From the NCBI RefSeq assembly GCF_006345805.1, contig NC_043000.1, positions 131,316,001-131,380,000 of the forward strand: a stretch of DNA of 64,000 nt. Direction: 5' to 3'. The notes beneath the pieces are model-generated. The model was not told the DNA's origin and made no database searches. It was given only the letters and a program-made list of their open reading frames with translations. This DNA is from Octopus sinensis (Eukaryota). This document shows, in pieces, positions 50,801-62,844 of this stretch (the stretch's first letter is position 1; the number at the start of each line of letters is the position of its first letter). Position numbers and translations under genes: made by a program.

Positions 50801-53800
50801 TGCAGACCTCCACAGTAAGTAACAAGCAAACACTCAACCAATTGAACATATCATGGACGGTGGCAGCACTAAATGCTCTCCGGAATTCATCCCTATTTCC
50901 ATACTGGGCCAGGGAAACAATCGTATTGGTCACAGATGTCCCAATATTGGCACCCATTATAATTGAAATTGCAGGCTCCACATCGATCACTAGTAAAGAC
51001 AAAAAAAAAAATTAATAAAATAGAAAAAAAATATCAAATGTAATTTTAAAAACAAATTTGAATCTCATAAATATGAATTAATTCTTCTGAAAGAAATATA
51101 AGATATTTATGAACACATTAAAAATTACACATTTTTAAACTATAAATTGATTGAAGATCTCTAAATAATAGTAATTATCATTATTATTATTATTAATTTT
51201 TTGTTAAAACAGTTCCAGTCTTAACTAGTTGCAGCCATATAAATAGAGATATAGAACATTATGGTTCCAAAATATCTAATACTGATAACAGTTGGTTTTC
51301 AAAATCCAGTGATGTTGTCCTTAAACTTCGTATATCTCAAAACCTTAGATGAGTGAAAAGAGCAGAGTCTCCATCTAAATGCTAAGTTCTACTTAATAGT
51401 AATAAGTGTGATACAGAGAGGTCATCAAGCTAAAGAGCTTGTTCTAACAATAAGCCCAGGTTCAAATTTGAAAATACTCACGTAAGACATGCAAGCATAG
51501 AAAATGTATAAACAGTAATTAAAATATGTCTTCCTGAATATTTCTCAGCTTTTCAGTAAACATTACTGTTTTCATTTTTATGTGTTATAAGTTCTACCTA
51601 GGAATAACCATCTGCCTAAATTCTTTATGTCTTTATGAATACAATAAAGAAAATCATGTCACAAGACATTAGCCAATACATTAAATGTTAATTACTATAA
51701 TTAATTGCTTGTTCATTTGGTTTTATGTCCCTTTTTTTCCATGCTAGTATAGGTTAGATGAATATATTAGATGTCCTTCCTGGTCTCCTAGCTGATACCT
51801 GTTTTTCAAGTAAGGGATAGTTCACTCTGCAGGTTATCAATGACACAGAGCCAGCAGACAACCCATGTACATGACAAGCTCCTTTCAATTTTTATCAACC
51901 AAATCCACTTACAAGGCTTTGGTTGGCTTGAAGCTACAGTACAAGATGCCGAAGACACACTGCAGTGGGACTGAACCTGAAATCACATGGTTTCAAAACG
52001 AACATCTGAACTACGCTGTTGAGAGAAATTATGAAGTTAAATACAAAATGCTCTCTCTCTTACATGTTTCAGCCCTGAGAATGTGGCCATGCTGGGGCAC
52101 TGCCAGTACAATACAACATTTTTATTTACTTTGTCAATTGGTTTTTCTTCAATCTGTCTTTCAAAACAATTAGAGAAAAGATATATTCAAATCTATAGTT
52201 AATACTAGTTTCACTTTACTATTAATTCTTGCATAGAAAACACAGTTGGCACAAATAGGGTTTGAATTTCAACCCCAAAACGACAAAATTAAACAGGACC
52301 CAGTTAAGACTGCCACTCTACTTTATCAGTCCTATGGCTATGTGTAAAGGCTGTAATAAATAGAATGTAACGTAAGACGTACTGTTTGATGCTACCATTG
52401 TGACCACAATGGACGTAGACGTACTTGAGCTCTGCATCAACACAGTTGCAAGGATGCCAATCATAAGACCAGTCAAGGGATTTTGAAGGAGCACGTGATT
52501 AGACATGAAACCACCTAGAAATACAATGAATAAAAACAATATTACAAATTCAACAAGCATAACTCGTATACATGCTCAAACACACACACACAAACAAAAA
52601 AGATATATAGGACCAAAACACCAGGCACCAGTTTTGATTAATAGTTGGAATGAGGAATGGTGACTAATAGTAGATGGAATCACAATGATAATAATGATGA
52701 AGAAAAGGAGTGGGGAAACATTATCCAGGAACTGAATTTTCTGAATCATGTTATCAGACACTGAAAAGTGAGATGTAAATATGTAATTTTTTACCTTCTA
52801 ATTTTATACTATTACTAGCAGTATTGCCCAGTGTTGCTTGGGTTTGTTTCAACCCTTTAGAATTGGAATTTTTGCAAAGTAAAAATTTTGCATTATGTAG
52901 CTTGTTGTTCTCTTTAAGTGAACATTTTTCTGGTTGAAATACACCGAAAAATGGCGACACAGCAGTCAAAAAATAGTTAATAGGGATTTTCATAGAAAAA
53001 AAAGCACCTTTTTGATGTAAATAATTTTTGGTGTTAACATGGTCCGATTTGAATTTTATCTTCTACAGAAGGAATAGCAAGCCTTCTATCATACTCTCAA
53101 TTTTGGTCAAAATGCGCCGCAGGGTCTCAAAGGAGATAGTGTTAGTTGAAGGCTACCAAACCTGCCATATACAGACAACTTCAGCTTTATATATATAGAG
53201 ATTAGATTAGACATGTGTCTATTAAACCAGTAAGTGTTTAGGTGGACAATGGAAGTTTCTTATTTCTTTATTGCCCACAAGGAGCTAAACATAGAGGGGA
53301 CAAACAAAGGAATTAAGTCGATTACATTGACTCCAGTGCTTAACTGGTACTTAATTTATCAACCCCAAAAGGATGAAAGGCAAAATCAACCTCGGTGGAA
53401 TTTGAACTCAGAATGCAATGGCAGATGAAATACCGCTAAGCATTTTGCCCGGCGTGCTAATGTTTCTGCCAGCTTGCTGCCTTAACAATGGAAGTTTCTG
53501 CCTACTTAAAGTGGAAGTTAAATTTTCCTCAGGTCATACCTTAGGAAAGAAAGGAGGGTATGCAGACAAACAGACCAAGGCAGAAACGCATTTGATCAGG
53601 TGTCGGCTTGATAAACGTTGCTTTAGGGCTAAACAACAATTAGCATGCCTTCAAATGAATTATTTATAGTATTTACTTTTTAATTCAGATAGCCAGGCCT
53701 AAAATTATTGTGCTTAATCAAGAAAGGAGCTGAAATACACACTAAATATTTAACTTAAGCTCATGACTGATCTGGAAATAGTTAGATGCCAATGGTTCCA

Positions 53801-56800
53801 TTTTAGACCAACTGAAAAGTGAGACAAATTACATAGCATACCTCTACAATACCACAGTTGTACTTTAATATCCAGTTTTGGGAATATTCCAGATATTAAA
53901 TGTTTTAAAAAGAAAAATGGATTATATATATTATTGTGTATGCATACTTATAATTATTTTGTCTAGGTATAAGGCATTTGTTGTAATGTTGATATATATT
54001 CACCTTTGAAATATTAGTTTCAAATTTTGGCACAAGGCCAGCAATTCCAGGAGATGGGGTAAGTCGATTACATTGACTCAAGTACTCAACTGGCATTTAT
54101 TTTATCGACCCCAAAAGAATGAAAGGCAAAGTCAACCATAGTGGAATTTGAACTTAAGAGTGTAAAGACAGATGAAATGCTATTAACCTTTTTGCCGGCA
54201 TGTTAATGATTCTGCCAGCTTGCTACCTTAATTGACCTTTGACATATCAAAAGGTAAACATTAGTTTGGTGAAAATTTGAAGACTGAAAGGATGAAGTAT
54301 GCTAACCACAAAACCTTTTTCCAGGCTATCACCACAACTCACTACATATACTCACACACATGTATAAATGTAGCTTGTGTTATGTAAATTAAATATGATT
54401 GCATAGTTCATTGATTGATTTAGACATCACTATTTTCCAATTAGTCCCATGGCATTTTGTCAATATAGACAATTACTGAAGTGTACTTTGCCAATATTGC
54501 ATAATTACTGCCAACGATTCTAATGGAAAGAGTTGAAAATCACTTTTATTATTTGGTGTTCTGAAATTGGTCCTATTATCTTGATAGGAAAAGTTGTTAG
54601 TTATACTTAAGTTAGTATTAATATATATAATACTGTGAATATTTAAAAAAAAAGTTCACTAAAACTAATTACAGGGCCAGAAAAACAAAAAAAAAAAACA
54701 ATGTAAGCCATTGATTAATATTAATTTAATTTTTACTAGTAAGTACGGGAGATAACTCGGTACATACTTCAGTTTAATTAAGACCTAATCGGTGAAGCAT
54801 AAACTTAATGTTGTTTATAGTTGGGTATAAAGGGGCATGTGTACTCTTATATTATGGAGATTTTTTCTGATTACTGATCATTAAAATGACTTATGGAACT
54901 GTGGTACACCTAAACCTTTGATCCTTAACAAATTTTACATATAAAATTCATCACTCTCTATCCAAGACATTTTCCCTCATTATACAAAGAACCACAAATA
55001 ACAATAGCCTAAGACTTTGTGACTTCACAAAGACAAAAGACAATAACAATAACGATAAAATGTCAACAAGGAAAACCATATAGGTTAACATGAAGTGAAA
55101 GGATCCCCACAAAAAATTTCCAAATTTCTCTGAAATAGTAAAAACATCAAAAGAATCTCCTCCCAGTTTCTTGTTTCCTCTTTACAGTCACATAAACTGA
55201 TTGGGTTCAGTTAGCCATATTAATTTCCTCACTCTTACCTGTCTCTTTGTAAAGACCCATTGGAAAACAACTCTCTTCCCCAAACTCACTCTCTTGAGGT
55301 GATAATGCAAGTAGCTGATAAAGCCACTGAAGGATGATCTCAGAATGCTGAACTTTTGGACACGATGACAAAGGACCAAAACACCAGGCACTTTGCTATA
55401 CTAAAGAAAACTCGTCCTCCACAGCAGAAGTGTTAAAACAACATCCCCTGATGAAAAGGATTGGCCTGTAAGAGTCCTGTGCCAGAGCCATGTAAAAAGC
55501 AGTCATGCCGGTGCCATGCAAAAGTGCTCATGCTGGTGGCATGTTAAAAGCACACAGCACACATTATAGAGTGGTTGGCATTAGGAAGGGTATCCAGTCA
55601 TAGAAAGCAAGCCAAATCAGACTGAAATCTGGCACAGCTCCCCAGTGTGTCAGCTCTGATCAAACTGTTCAACCCATACCAGCATGGAAAAATGGACGTT
55701 AAAGGGTGATGATGATGATGAAATCATTTTTAGTGCATTCACCATTTAACTTCTTTTGCTATAGCTACCAACCACAAGAAAACTAGACACCCTTGTCAAA
55801 AGAAGGCAGCAAGTTTGATTTACATAATAGATCCACCCTACACATAGAAGCAACTCTTCAACACAAGCCCACAAGTCAAAAATACACGGATACCAAGAGG
55901 GTGTGCAGGATGGTTTTGAGGTCCAGCACATTTCTTGGGGAGGTTTGGCTACTGGAACTTTTATGCTTGTAAAGTTGTTTCAAGGCCATACAATTTTAAG
56001 ATTAGTGATATAGCTATGTTGGTGGTAAGGCCATAAAATTTTAAGGTTAGGGGCATAGTTAGAGGTATAATAAAGTACCTAACAGGCACTTTATCTCATC
56101 AAGATTGCAATTGTATTTTGTTTATTTTCCTTCCATATTTCATGTTTCTTTTAGAATTCCTGTGTGATTTGGGTATAGTGTTGGATTATAGAATGAATAT
56201 ATCATTTCAGTATAGTAATCTGTCCACTGTGCTCTTTTGATTTTGTTTTTCATTTGGGCAGTTGACGTTAAGAGACTGTATATTACATCTCCCTGTATTT
56301 TAGAAAGGGCCTGTCTTTACAGTGTTAACTTTTTAACAGAACACTGCCAAACCTAGTTTAGTGTAGCTCCAGAAAACAGTATTATTAGGAACAGCTAGGA
56401 TATTTAGCACAGTTCTTGGTATCTAAGGTTACTTGTAGCCCAATAGTCTGAATTTTTTTCAACAGTTGTGCATAAATGAAATAATAATAATGGTGATGAT
56501 GATTTCACCATCAGCATTTTTTGAGGGGAGGAGAAGTTGATTACATTAACCCAGTACTTGGCTGGTAGTTATTTTATTGGCTCCAAAAGTGTGAACCAGG
56601 AGAAAAAGGTCAGGGACATCAATGGTTGAGGGGTGCTACCAGAGAAAGAAGTGTGAGGGAGGTCACATGGGCCAAAGTAGGACCAGCATGGGCCTCTTCG
56701 CTTTGGGGTGGTCATGGCAGATGGACATGTGTGGATGCATGAGCTAGAGAGGGAATTTGCTGTTAGGTTCTGGCGATGGCCTAGGTGATTAGGGCGCCTT

Positions 56801-59800
56801 TTGGATATAACCCAGCCGGATAGTCAATGCTGCAAGAGAACTTGAGAAATAGGTGAATCACACTTTTTTCCTCGTACTACAAGCTATTTCAAGCTTTGTG
56901 TATTTTTTTGTCCTCTTCCATGATATGTTATCACCTGGATCAAGATGATGGCCAGGCTGCAAAGCATTGAAGATGTAGCAGGTCTTATGGCTCTGTATCT
57001 GGAGGGAAACACATTGACACTATACCTTAAAATGAATGAAACAGACCAACTAGATGCAAAGAAGATTGAACAGCGCCTACAGGAAGCATTTACATATGGA
57101 TCATATGCTGTGTTTTCCAGGCTAGGAAAGGTCAAGTGGACAGGAGAACAGGAGGATGTATATGCAGCAGAAATTCAAAAACTGACCATGTTCCCTACTT
57201 TTACTGGAGAGGGATTAGAACAGGTAGTACAGTTGATATTTGTAAATGGTTTCCCTGACGACATATCAGTGCGGTTGCAACAACTGCCAGACAGTGAGAA
57301 GATGTCAATGAACTTGTTGCTCAAGCCCATGTGTTGATGCAAAACACCAGGTGGAATGCAGTGGTAATGGCAGCTACAGAAGCCCACGCCATCATGCAAC
57401 AATTGACAAAGAATGAGGAGAGAAAAGTCACTGAGGAGTAGCCATGACCATTTACGGGCCGGTGTTTCAAGTGCCAGAGACCATGTGGAGATGAAGTCCG
57501 AACCCATTTACTACTGGTGCAAGCAGACAGGGAATATCACTCAAAACTGCAACCAAGGAAATGATCATGAGGAAGTCACTGCCTCTCAAATTTCCCCTGT
57601 GAGCAAGTGGAAGCTCTTGTACAGTTGCTGCCTATAGCTGAAGTCCAGGTTGGATGAAAAGCATTCAAAGCCCTCATGGATATGGGTCGTACAACATCTC
57701 TCGTGACCCCAAAAGTGTCTAAAAAGTGAAAGGGAGCAAGTAGTGTTAGGGCAGTTGATGGCAGCGAAATTAGATATAAAGGTAGCAGTGAAGTGGAGAT
57801 GGCGATGCAGAGTACAACACTAAGGTTGCAAGTAATTGTAATTGACCATGTGTAGAAGGAATTGATGTGGTGATGGGCATGGATGCGATCAACACCTAAG
57901 AGGTGTCATTGTTAGTGGAGACAAGGGCATCATGCGCTGAGACTGCAACAAGAGAATGGGCAGAGCCCCAGGGAGAATTGTTCTGCTTACACCTTTGAAG
58001 ATAAAGATTTTCAGGCAGTGTTCAATGGTCAGCAGTGGACGGTTGAGTGGTGCTAGAAAGAAGAGACCCTGACACTGAGGAATAGGCTAAGCTGTTATCA
58101 GCACACCTTGAATGGAGATGCCAGGGGCAATTTTGAAAGAGAGGTATAAAGATGAATAGAGGAAGGTATCCTAATTCCATGGAAGGAGTAAATGAGGAGT
58201 GGAGTGCTGCCACTAATGGCAGTGGTGCAGCCAACAAAGGGCAAGCACAGGCCAGTACTGGACTTTCAAGAGCTGAATGGTTCTGTATCGTGCCACACAG
58301 GTGGTGAAGTTACTGATGTCTGCGGAAAAATATTGCAAGAATGGAGACAAATGACGAGGGTTGCAACTTGAAGTCGGCATATCTGCAACTCCATGTGAGT
58401 GAGAAATTGTGGAAGTATCAGCTAGTGAGACATAAGGACCAGACATACTATTTGACTAGGCTAGATTTCAGGCTGAATTCTGCACCAAAGCTTAAATATA
58501 TCTTTATAAAGGTGGACAAGGTAAAAAAGGGCCACCAATAGGTGACATAGGTCACCTGAAGAAGTTTAGGCAAACTGTGAAACCACCAGAGCCAATGGTT
58601 GGAGGAGCTGCACTGGGGCTCAAGCTATGAAGAGATAAAATAGGTGTGTTGGTATTTTGGAGAGGAAATGAGATTCCAGAACTAGGCACCAGCATCAACA
58701 GGAAAGAACTATTCTCAATGTGTGGGAGACAGGTGGATCACTATCCAATTGTTTCAAACACCATGCAGCTACATCAAGAGATGAGTGAATGGGGCAAGCT
58801 GGGGAGACAAAGTGGGAGAGAAGATGGTGGTGATAATGCAGCAGATCAAAGAGGGGGTAAGACCAGAAAACCCAGTAAGAGGAAGCTGGTGTGTGCTCAA
58901 ATTGGAGAATGGAACCATATGATGTGATGCTAGTAGCATAGCAATAGGGGCTGTCCTGGAAATTGGGGATGGTGAAGTGGAGGACACAGCTAGGCTCTGA
59001 AAAGCAGATGATTACAACCACATCAATGTGGTTAAATTGGATGCCATGCTGAAGGGGGAGTTCTGGCCCTGAGATGGCGGCTGCACTTGTTTGGATAGGT
59101 GGGATCAGTGATCACCAATGAAAGGGGGGTTCAAACAAAAGAGGCTGCAGAGATGTTAGTAAATCACCACCTAAGGGTTCTGTGGGATGCCGTGTCATGT
59201 CTTGAATATTTGTAGAATTGTCATTTCTTCGGATGAAGTGGGAGGAGAGGAAACAAGCGGTGCTCCATTCCTGCAGAGATTACAGTGAGTGAAACGGTCA
59301 CCCAGGTGGATGGCAGATTTCAACATGGAGTGAAGTGAAGAGGTGATCTTTGAGATCAGTAGGGCATATGGGGAGGAGGTGAACCAGGTAAAAAGGGTCT
59401 GTGACGTCAATGGATGAAGGACCCAACCAGAAGAGGAAGAGTGAAGGAGGTCACGTGAGCAGAAGTAGGACCATCATGGGCCTCTTCACTTCAGGGTGGT
59501 TGTGGCAGACGTATACATTTGGATGTACAAGCTAGAGAGGGAATTTGCCATTAGGTTCAGGCAATAGGTTAGACAGGAGGGCACTTTCCGTATGTAACCC
59601 AGTTGTAGAGTTGACACTGCAAGGGAACCTGAGAGGTTGATGAATCACACTTTGTTCATCATACTACACTAACAATTTCGATAATTCACAACAACAACAA
59701 CATACAAGAATAAGGATATGTAAATCTAAAGCCTTATAGGTGACAGGCCCTAATATAAAATGTGATAAATCTGAAAAAAAAAAAGAAAAAAAAAAGAGAA

Positions 59801-60001
59801 AAAAGGGTTAATTATATTTGGTAAGTGAAGTAAGGAGAACATACCAGCAGTTTTGCCACCCAAGAGTCTGAATGCTTGGCTAAGCAGGTTGAGTGATATG
59901 ATGAAGATGTAAAGGAAGCCATGGACACAGATAATCTTCAACGTAATCAGCAGTATACCCAGCGCTGCCAAAAACAATAAGTCCTTATTATAACTCAATG
60001 A
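34909..60001 (-). CDS. SLC34A: Sodium-dependent phosphate cotransporter (NaPi-II family), 7 coding exons, 5'-partial; join of 60001-59845, 52514-52383, 50989-50798, 44413-44295, 43619-43554, 38972-38825, 35858-34909
   Basis: Spliced translation has both NaPi-II QSSS repeats ([20 protein letters not shown]), plus [33 protein letters not shown] and AKYRWFA. All junctions are GT-AG with phases 0/1/1/1/0/0/1. Summed length 1764 nt = 588 codons, ending TGA at 34911-34909 followed by TAA. Confidence 0.97.
36492..36750. mobile_element. MITE with about 95-bp terminal inverted repeats, in the last SLC34A intron
   Basis: TGGTAGATGTCA...GCCCTTGGAAA mirrored by TTTCCAAGGGCA...TGACATCTACCA; possible decayed 8-bp TSD (6 of 8). 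Confidence 0.82.
36913..37215 (+). mobile_element. Short 5'-truncated CR1-like LINE 3' end
   Basis: [15 protein letters not shown]...GHSEKL...[13 protein letters not shown] with a single internal TGA. Confidence 0.85.
37830..38510 (-). repeat. CpG-rich minisatellite (about 62-bp unit) within a family-4 element, with a roughly 200-bp direct duplication
   Basis: GGATGGTGTTTTTTATGTGCCACCGACACAGGTGCCAGACGAGGCTGGCGAACGGCCACG repeated; 37957-38150 is repeated at 38306-38508. Confidence 0.88.
38825..38972 (-). CDS. SLC34A: SLC34A exon, large extracellular loop: [49 protein letters not shown](C)
   Basis: Not in the ORF track. ctcatttcag acceptor, T|gtaagt donor; 148 nt, phase 0 to 1. Has the WCK cysteine, and the junction completes TGT (second loop Cys). 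Four N-x-S/T sequons. Confidence 0.93.
39660..40003 (+). mobile_element. Helitron-like non-autonomous element end with an internal tandem duplication
   Basis: Ends CCGAGCAACGCCAGG-CGATACTG-CTAGT (hairpin then CTAG); block CTACGATGAGTC...ATGCATTTTTT occurs twice. Confidence 0.6.
40794..40990 (+). mobile_element. 3' UTR and (ATT)n tail of the 44.5-45.5 kb LINE family, inserted into a family-3 SINE
   Basis: Matches the reverse complement of 44550-44630 plus 44860-44950; splits the SINE at ATTTC (40791-40795 and 40989-40993). Confidence 0.85.
41385..42150 (+). mobile_element. Decayed CRE-clade non-LTR retrotransposon C-terminus (zinc knuckle plus RLE endonuclease)
   Basis: CHCG...HYGLSC...[49 protein letters not shown]. 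Confidence 0.85.
43554..43619 (-). CDS. SLC34A: SLC34A exon: [22 protein letters not shown]
   Basis: Not in the ORF track. ttcttgtag acceptor, AAG|gtaaaa donor; 66 nt, phase 0 to 0; LDKxVI motif follows LIVQ as in vertebrate NaPi-II. Confidence 0.92.
44295..44413 (-). CDS. SLC34A: SLC34A exon: [39 protein letters not shown]
   Basis: Not in the ORF track. ttttacag acceptor, CAG|gtaagt donor; 119 nt, phase 1 to 0; matches the NaPi-II LKVITKPxTxLIVQ motif. Confidence 0.95.
44540..45470 (-). mobile_element. 5'-truncated CR1-like LINE (RT C-terminus, 3' UTR, (ATT)n tail) interrupted by a piggyBac MITE
   Basis: [13 protein letters not shown]...IQRRATK...[18 protein letters not shown]...[10 protein letters not shown]. 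Confidence 0.9.
44636..44855. mobile_element. piggyBac-type MITE family A, intact
   Basis: TTAA|CCCTTTAG ... CTAAAGGG|TTAA (TTAA at 44632-44635 and 44856-44859). Confidence 0.92.
45780..46009 (+). mobile_element. Young family-2 SINE with a long TSD
   Basis: TATACCAGAAGATACTCGT(G/A)CAAGG at 45755-45779 and 46010-46034. Confidence 0.9.
50389..50603 (-). mobile_element. Young family-2 SINE
   Basis: 17-bp TSD CCTATGTTGTGCACTTG (50372-50388 and 50604-50620). Confidence 0.9.
50798..50989 (-). CDS. SLC34A: SLC34A exon: [22 protein letters not shown]...[16 protein letters not shown]...EVCT
   Basis: Poly-T tract and ctag acceptor, G|gtaatt donor; 192 nt, phase 1 to 1. Confidence 0.96.
52383..52514 (-). 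CDS. SLC34A: SLC34A exon: [43 protein letters not shown]
   Basis: tttctag acceptor, A|gtacgt donor; 132 nt, phase 1 to 1; first QSSS motif. Confidence 0.96.
53261..53484 (-). mobile_element. Family-2 SINE
   Basis: 15-bp TSD ACAATGGAAGTTTCT (53246-53260 and 53485-53499). Confidence 0.88.
56590..59668 (+). mobile_element. Degenerate Gypsy-type LTR retrotransposon with both LTRs (56590-56881 and 59378-59668)
   Basis: LTRs about 290 bp, TG...TACTACA; polypurine tract GGGGAGGA at 59370-59377. Gag-like ORF 56945-57337, two decayed CCHC knuckles, protease relic ALMDMG, RT relics ([17 protein letters not shown]), RNase H relic [12 protein letters not shown]. Confidence 0.9.
59845..60001 (-). CDS. 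SLC34A: SLC34A exon: [15 protein letters not shown]...[12 protein letters not shown](G), first TM region
   Basis: Acceptor ttttag at 60002, donor G|gtatgt at 59844; 157 nt, phase 0 to 1. The acceptor is slightly uncertain because an in-frame AG lies 18 nt downstream. Confidence 0.9.
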
Positions 60002-62717
60002 CTAAAATATAATTCAGTTGCATAACTTACAGCATACACACACACAAAAAAAAAAATACAAAGGAGAGAATAGATGTTAGTATATATATATATATATATA
60101 TAAAAAAAACATAGCAAATATAAGTGTAAACAATAATTGTAATAATAAGAACTAAACTGCAATCACACCAATATTTTAATCTAACAGACCAAGAACATTT
60201 ATAGAAATAACTTTTATATGTAATCAGATAGTGACATGCAAGAAACACACACACACACACACATACATACATACAAATCAAATACATACATATAGATACA
60301 AATACATACATAGTCACACACATATTATATGTATATATATTATACATCTGTGTGTGTAAGTGTGAATCTCCACTGGTTTTGATGATGAGTATACAGTTGT
60401 TTGATCAACTGAATTCTCTGCTCAGTGAATTACCATGTAAGTGGCTGAGTACTCCACAACCACAGAAATTATGTGACAGTGTGTAACAAAGCTGTATCTT
60501 TGAATTATGTGTACATTTCTTTCTGATGGGATTCTATACAGGTTCCACCTACCACTTTCACTCAGAAGGTATGGGTTCACCTGAGCTTATATAAAATTTC
60601 ATTTGCCCACAATGCCATGCAGCTCCTCATATCCAGGACTTTGTGGCTGTGAGGCAAACTTCTTCAGCATTTGGCCACGCTGCACCTATTATATACACAT
60701 GTATACATACATGTATGTATATTCCATTTTTTAAAAAATTTGTTTCAGTCATTTGACTGCAGCCATGCTGGAGCACTGCCTTAAAGGTTATAGTTGAAGA
60801 AATCAACCCCAGGACTTATTCTTTGTAAGCCTAGTATTTCTTTCTTTTGCTGAACCACTAAGTTACGGGGATATAAACACACTGGCATCAGTCGTTAAAT
60901 GATGGTGAGGGGACAAACACAGACACATATATATATATAAATATATTATTTTATCCTGTTCAGGCTATTTTATTAGCATTATCCTGCGTTTGAGAATCTA
61001 AAAAATCACTTCTTTAACTTTATAAATATATATATATATATATATATATAGTCTGATATAATGAATCCATAAACACATAGAACATCCAAGGATATATTTT
61101 TTTCCCCGCTGAAGATATGTTGTTCAGGTCAGATGAATAAAAATATTTACTTAATATTTACTGAGTATTAATTGAAACAGGTGTAAGTGTAGATCATTAA
61201 TTTGCTGTTAATAATAAACAATTATTAACTTCCCAATCTCCATTTTCTTTTTTTTTTCTTCTTTGATATAATATATGTATATATATATATATATGCGATG
61301 GGCTTCTTTCAGTTTCCATCTACCAAAATCTACTCACAAGGCTTTGGTCGGCCCAAGGCTATAGTACAAGACACTTGCCCTAAGTCCCATGCAGTAGGAC
61401 TGAACCTAGAACCATGTGGTTGGTAAGCAAGCTTCTTACCACACAGTCACATCTACATGTATATAAATGTATAAAAGTGATATTACTGCATGGGTTTGGC
61501 CATGATGGCTAAAATAAACTAAGGAATGTATGTAGTATGTATATGTATATATAAATGATCACAAATGCACTTTGTAAATTATGAAACATAACGCAATAAA
61601 AAATGAAACTGAAATAAAACAATTTGTTATATTCATTAGAGACTGAAAACTAAAGCAATGAGTAATTAAGATTAAAAGCAATCTAAAGTTGAAGACAATT
61701 TATATTTCTAACATGAAGCCACATCAATCGTAACACACATACATGAAGGAAAATTAATTCATGTTTGAAAAGAAATCTGTCAAAAATATTGTTTCATCAA
61801 CTGAATTAATTTTCTTTTTCTTTTTTATTGGTAGTTTCTCTTTTGCATAATAACATTTTCTTTTATACCATTCTCATCATTAGTATCAGGTCTGTTTTTT
61901 TCATACTGATACAGGCTGGAGAGGATTGCACATATTAAAATGATTATCTGACAACTGTAAGGGAATGAAATTTGCTTAGGGTGTGCAAACCTAGGTTTTT
62001 ATAAAGCATTTTCATTCCTCCCACCCCAAATTTTAGTGGGTGCACCATTTGAGCATGGCCGTTGCCAGTGCCGCCTGACTGGCTCTTGTGCCAGTGGCAT
62101 GTGAAAGTACCCACTACACTCTCGGAGTGGTTGGCATTAGGAAGGGCATCCAGCAGTAGAAACTCTGCCAGATCAGATTGGAGTCTAGTGCAGTCATCTG
62201 GTTCGCCAGACCTCAGTCAAACCGTCTAACCCATGCTAACATGGAAAGCGAACATTAAACAATGATGATGATGCTAACAGCACCCTCTGTGGTGGATCAG
62301 TTACTAAGTTGTCTTATCTCTCTCACCCCGGCACTCTGTAAAGTATTCAGTGAGTTAAACAGAGAGACAACATAGATTTGAAAGGAGTTTTTAGTGTTGC
62401 TGAGGAGATGACAACCTCTCTGATGCTGGTGCAACAAGATGCATCCAATACACTCTAGAAAGTGGTTGATGTTAGGAAGGGCATCCAGCCCAAAAAATCC
62501 ATGCCAAAACTGAGAGATTTGAGCAAGACATGGTCCTCCAAATTGAAGAGGACAGTAACTCTGAATAATAAGTGATTCAGAGTTAAAAAAATCCAACTGG
62601 TGCCATCATGGAAAAAGAATGTAAAATGATACTGATGAACACGTGTGTATGTGTGTTCACGCATGTGTATGTGCATGTATATGTGTATATATGTGTGTGT
62701 GTGTGATATATATATAT

Positions 62718-62750
<33 letters not shown>

Positions 62751-62812
62751 GGCGGTGCCCCAGCATGGCCACAGCTCATAAGCTGAAACTAGAATCAATC
62801 AATCAATCATAT

Positions 62813-62844
<32 letters not shown>

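Noticed and set aside
61743-61954. Segment with a strong acceptor and a gtatgt donor as the SLC34A start exon
   Set aside because: All frames contain stops, and the phase-0 frame has no ATG after its last stop.
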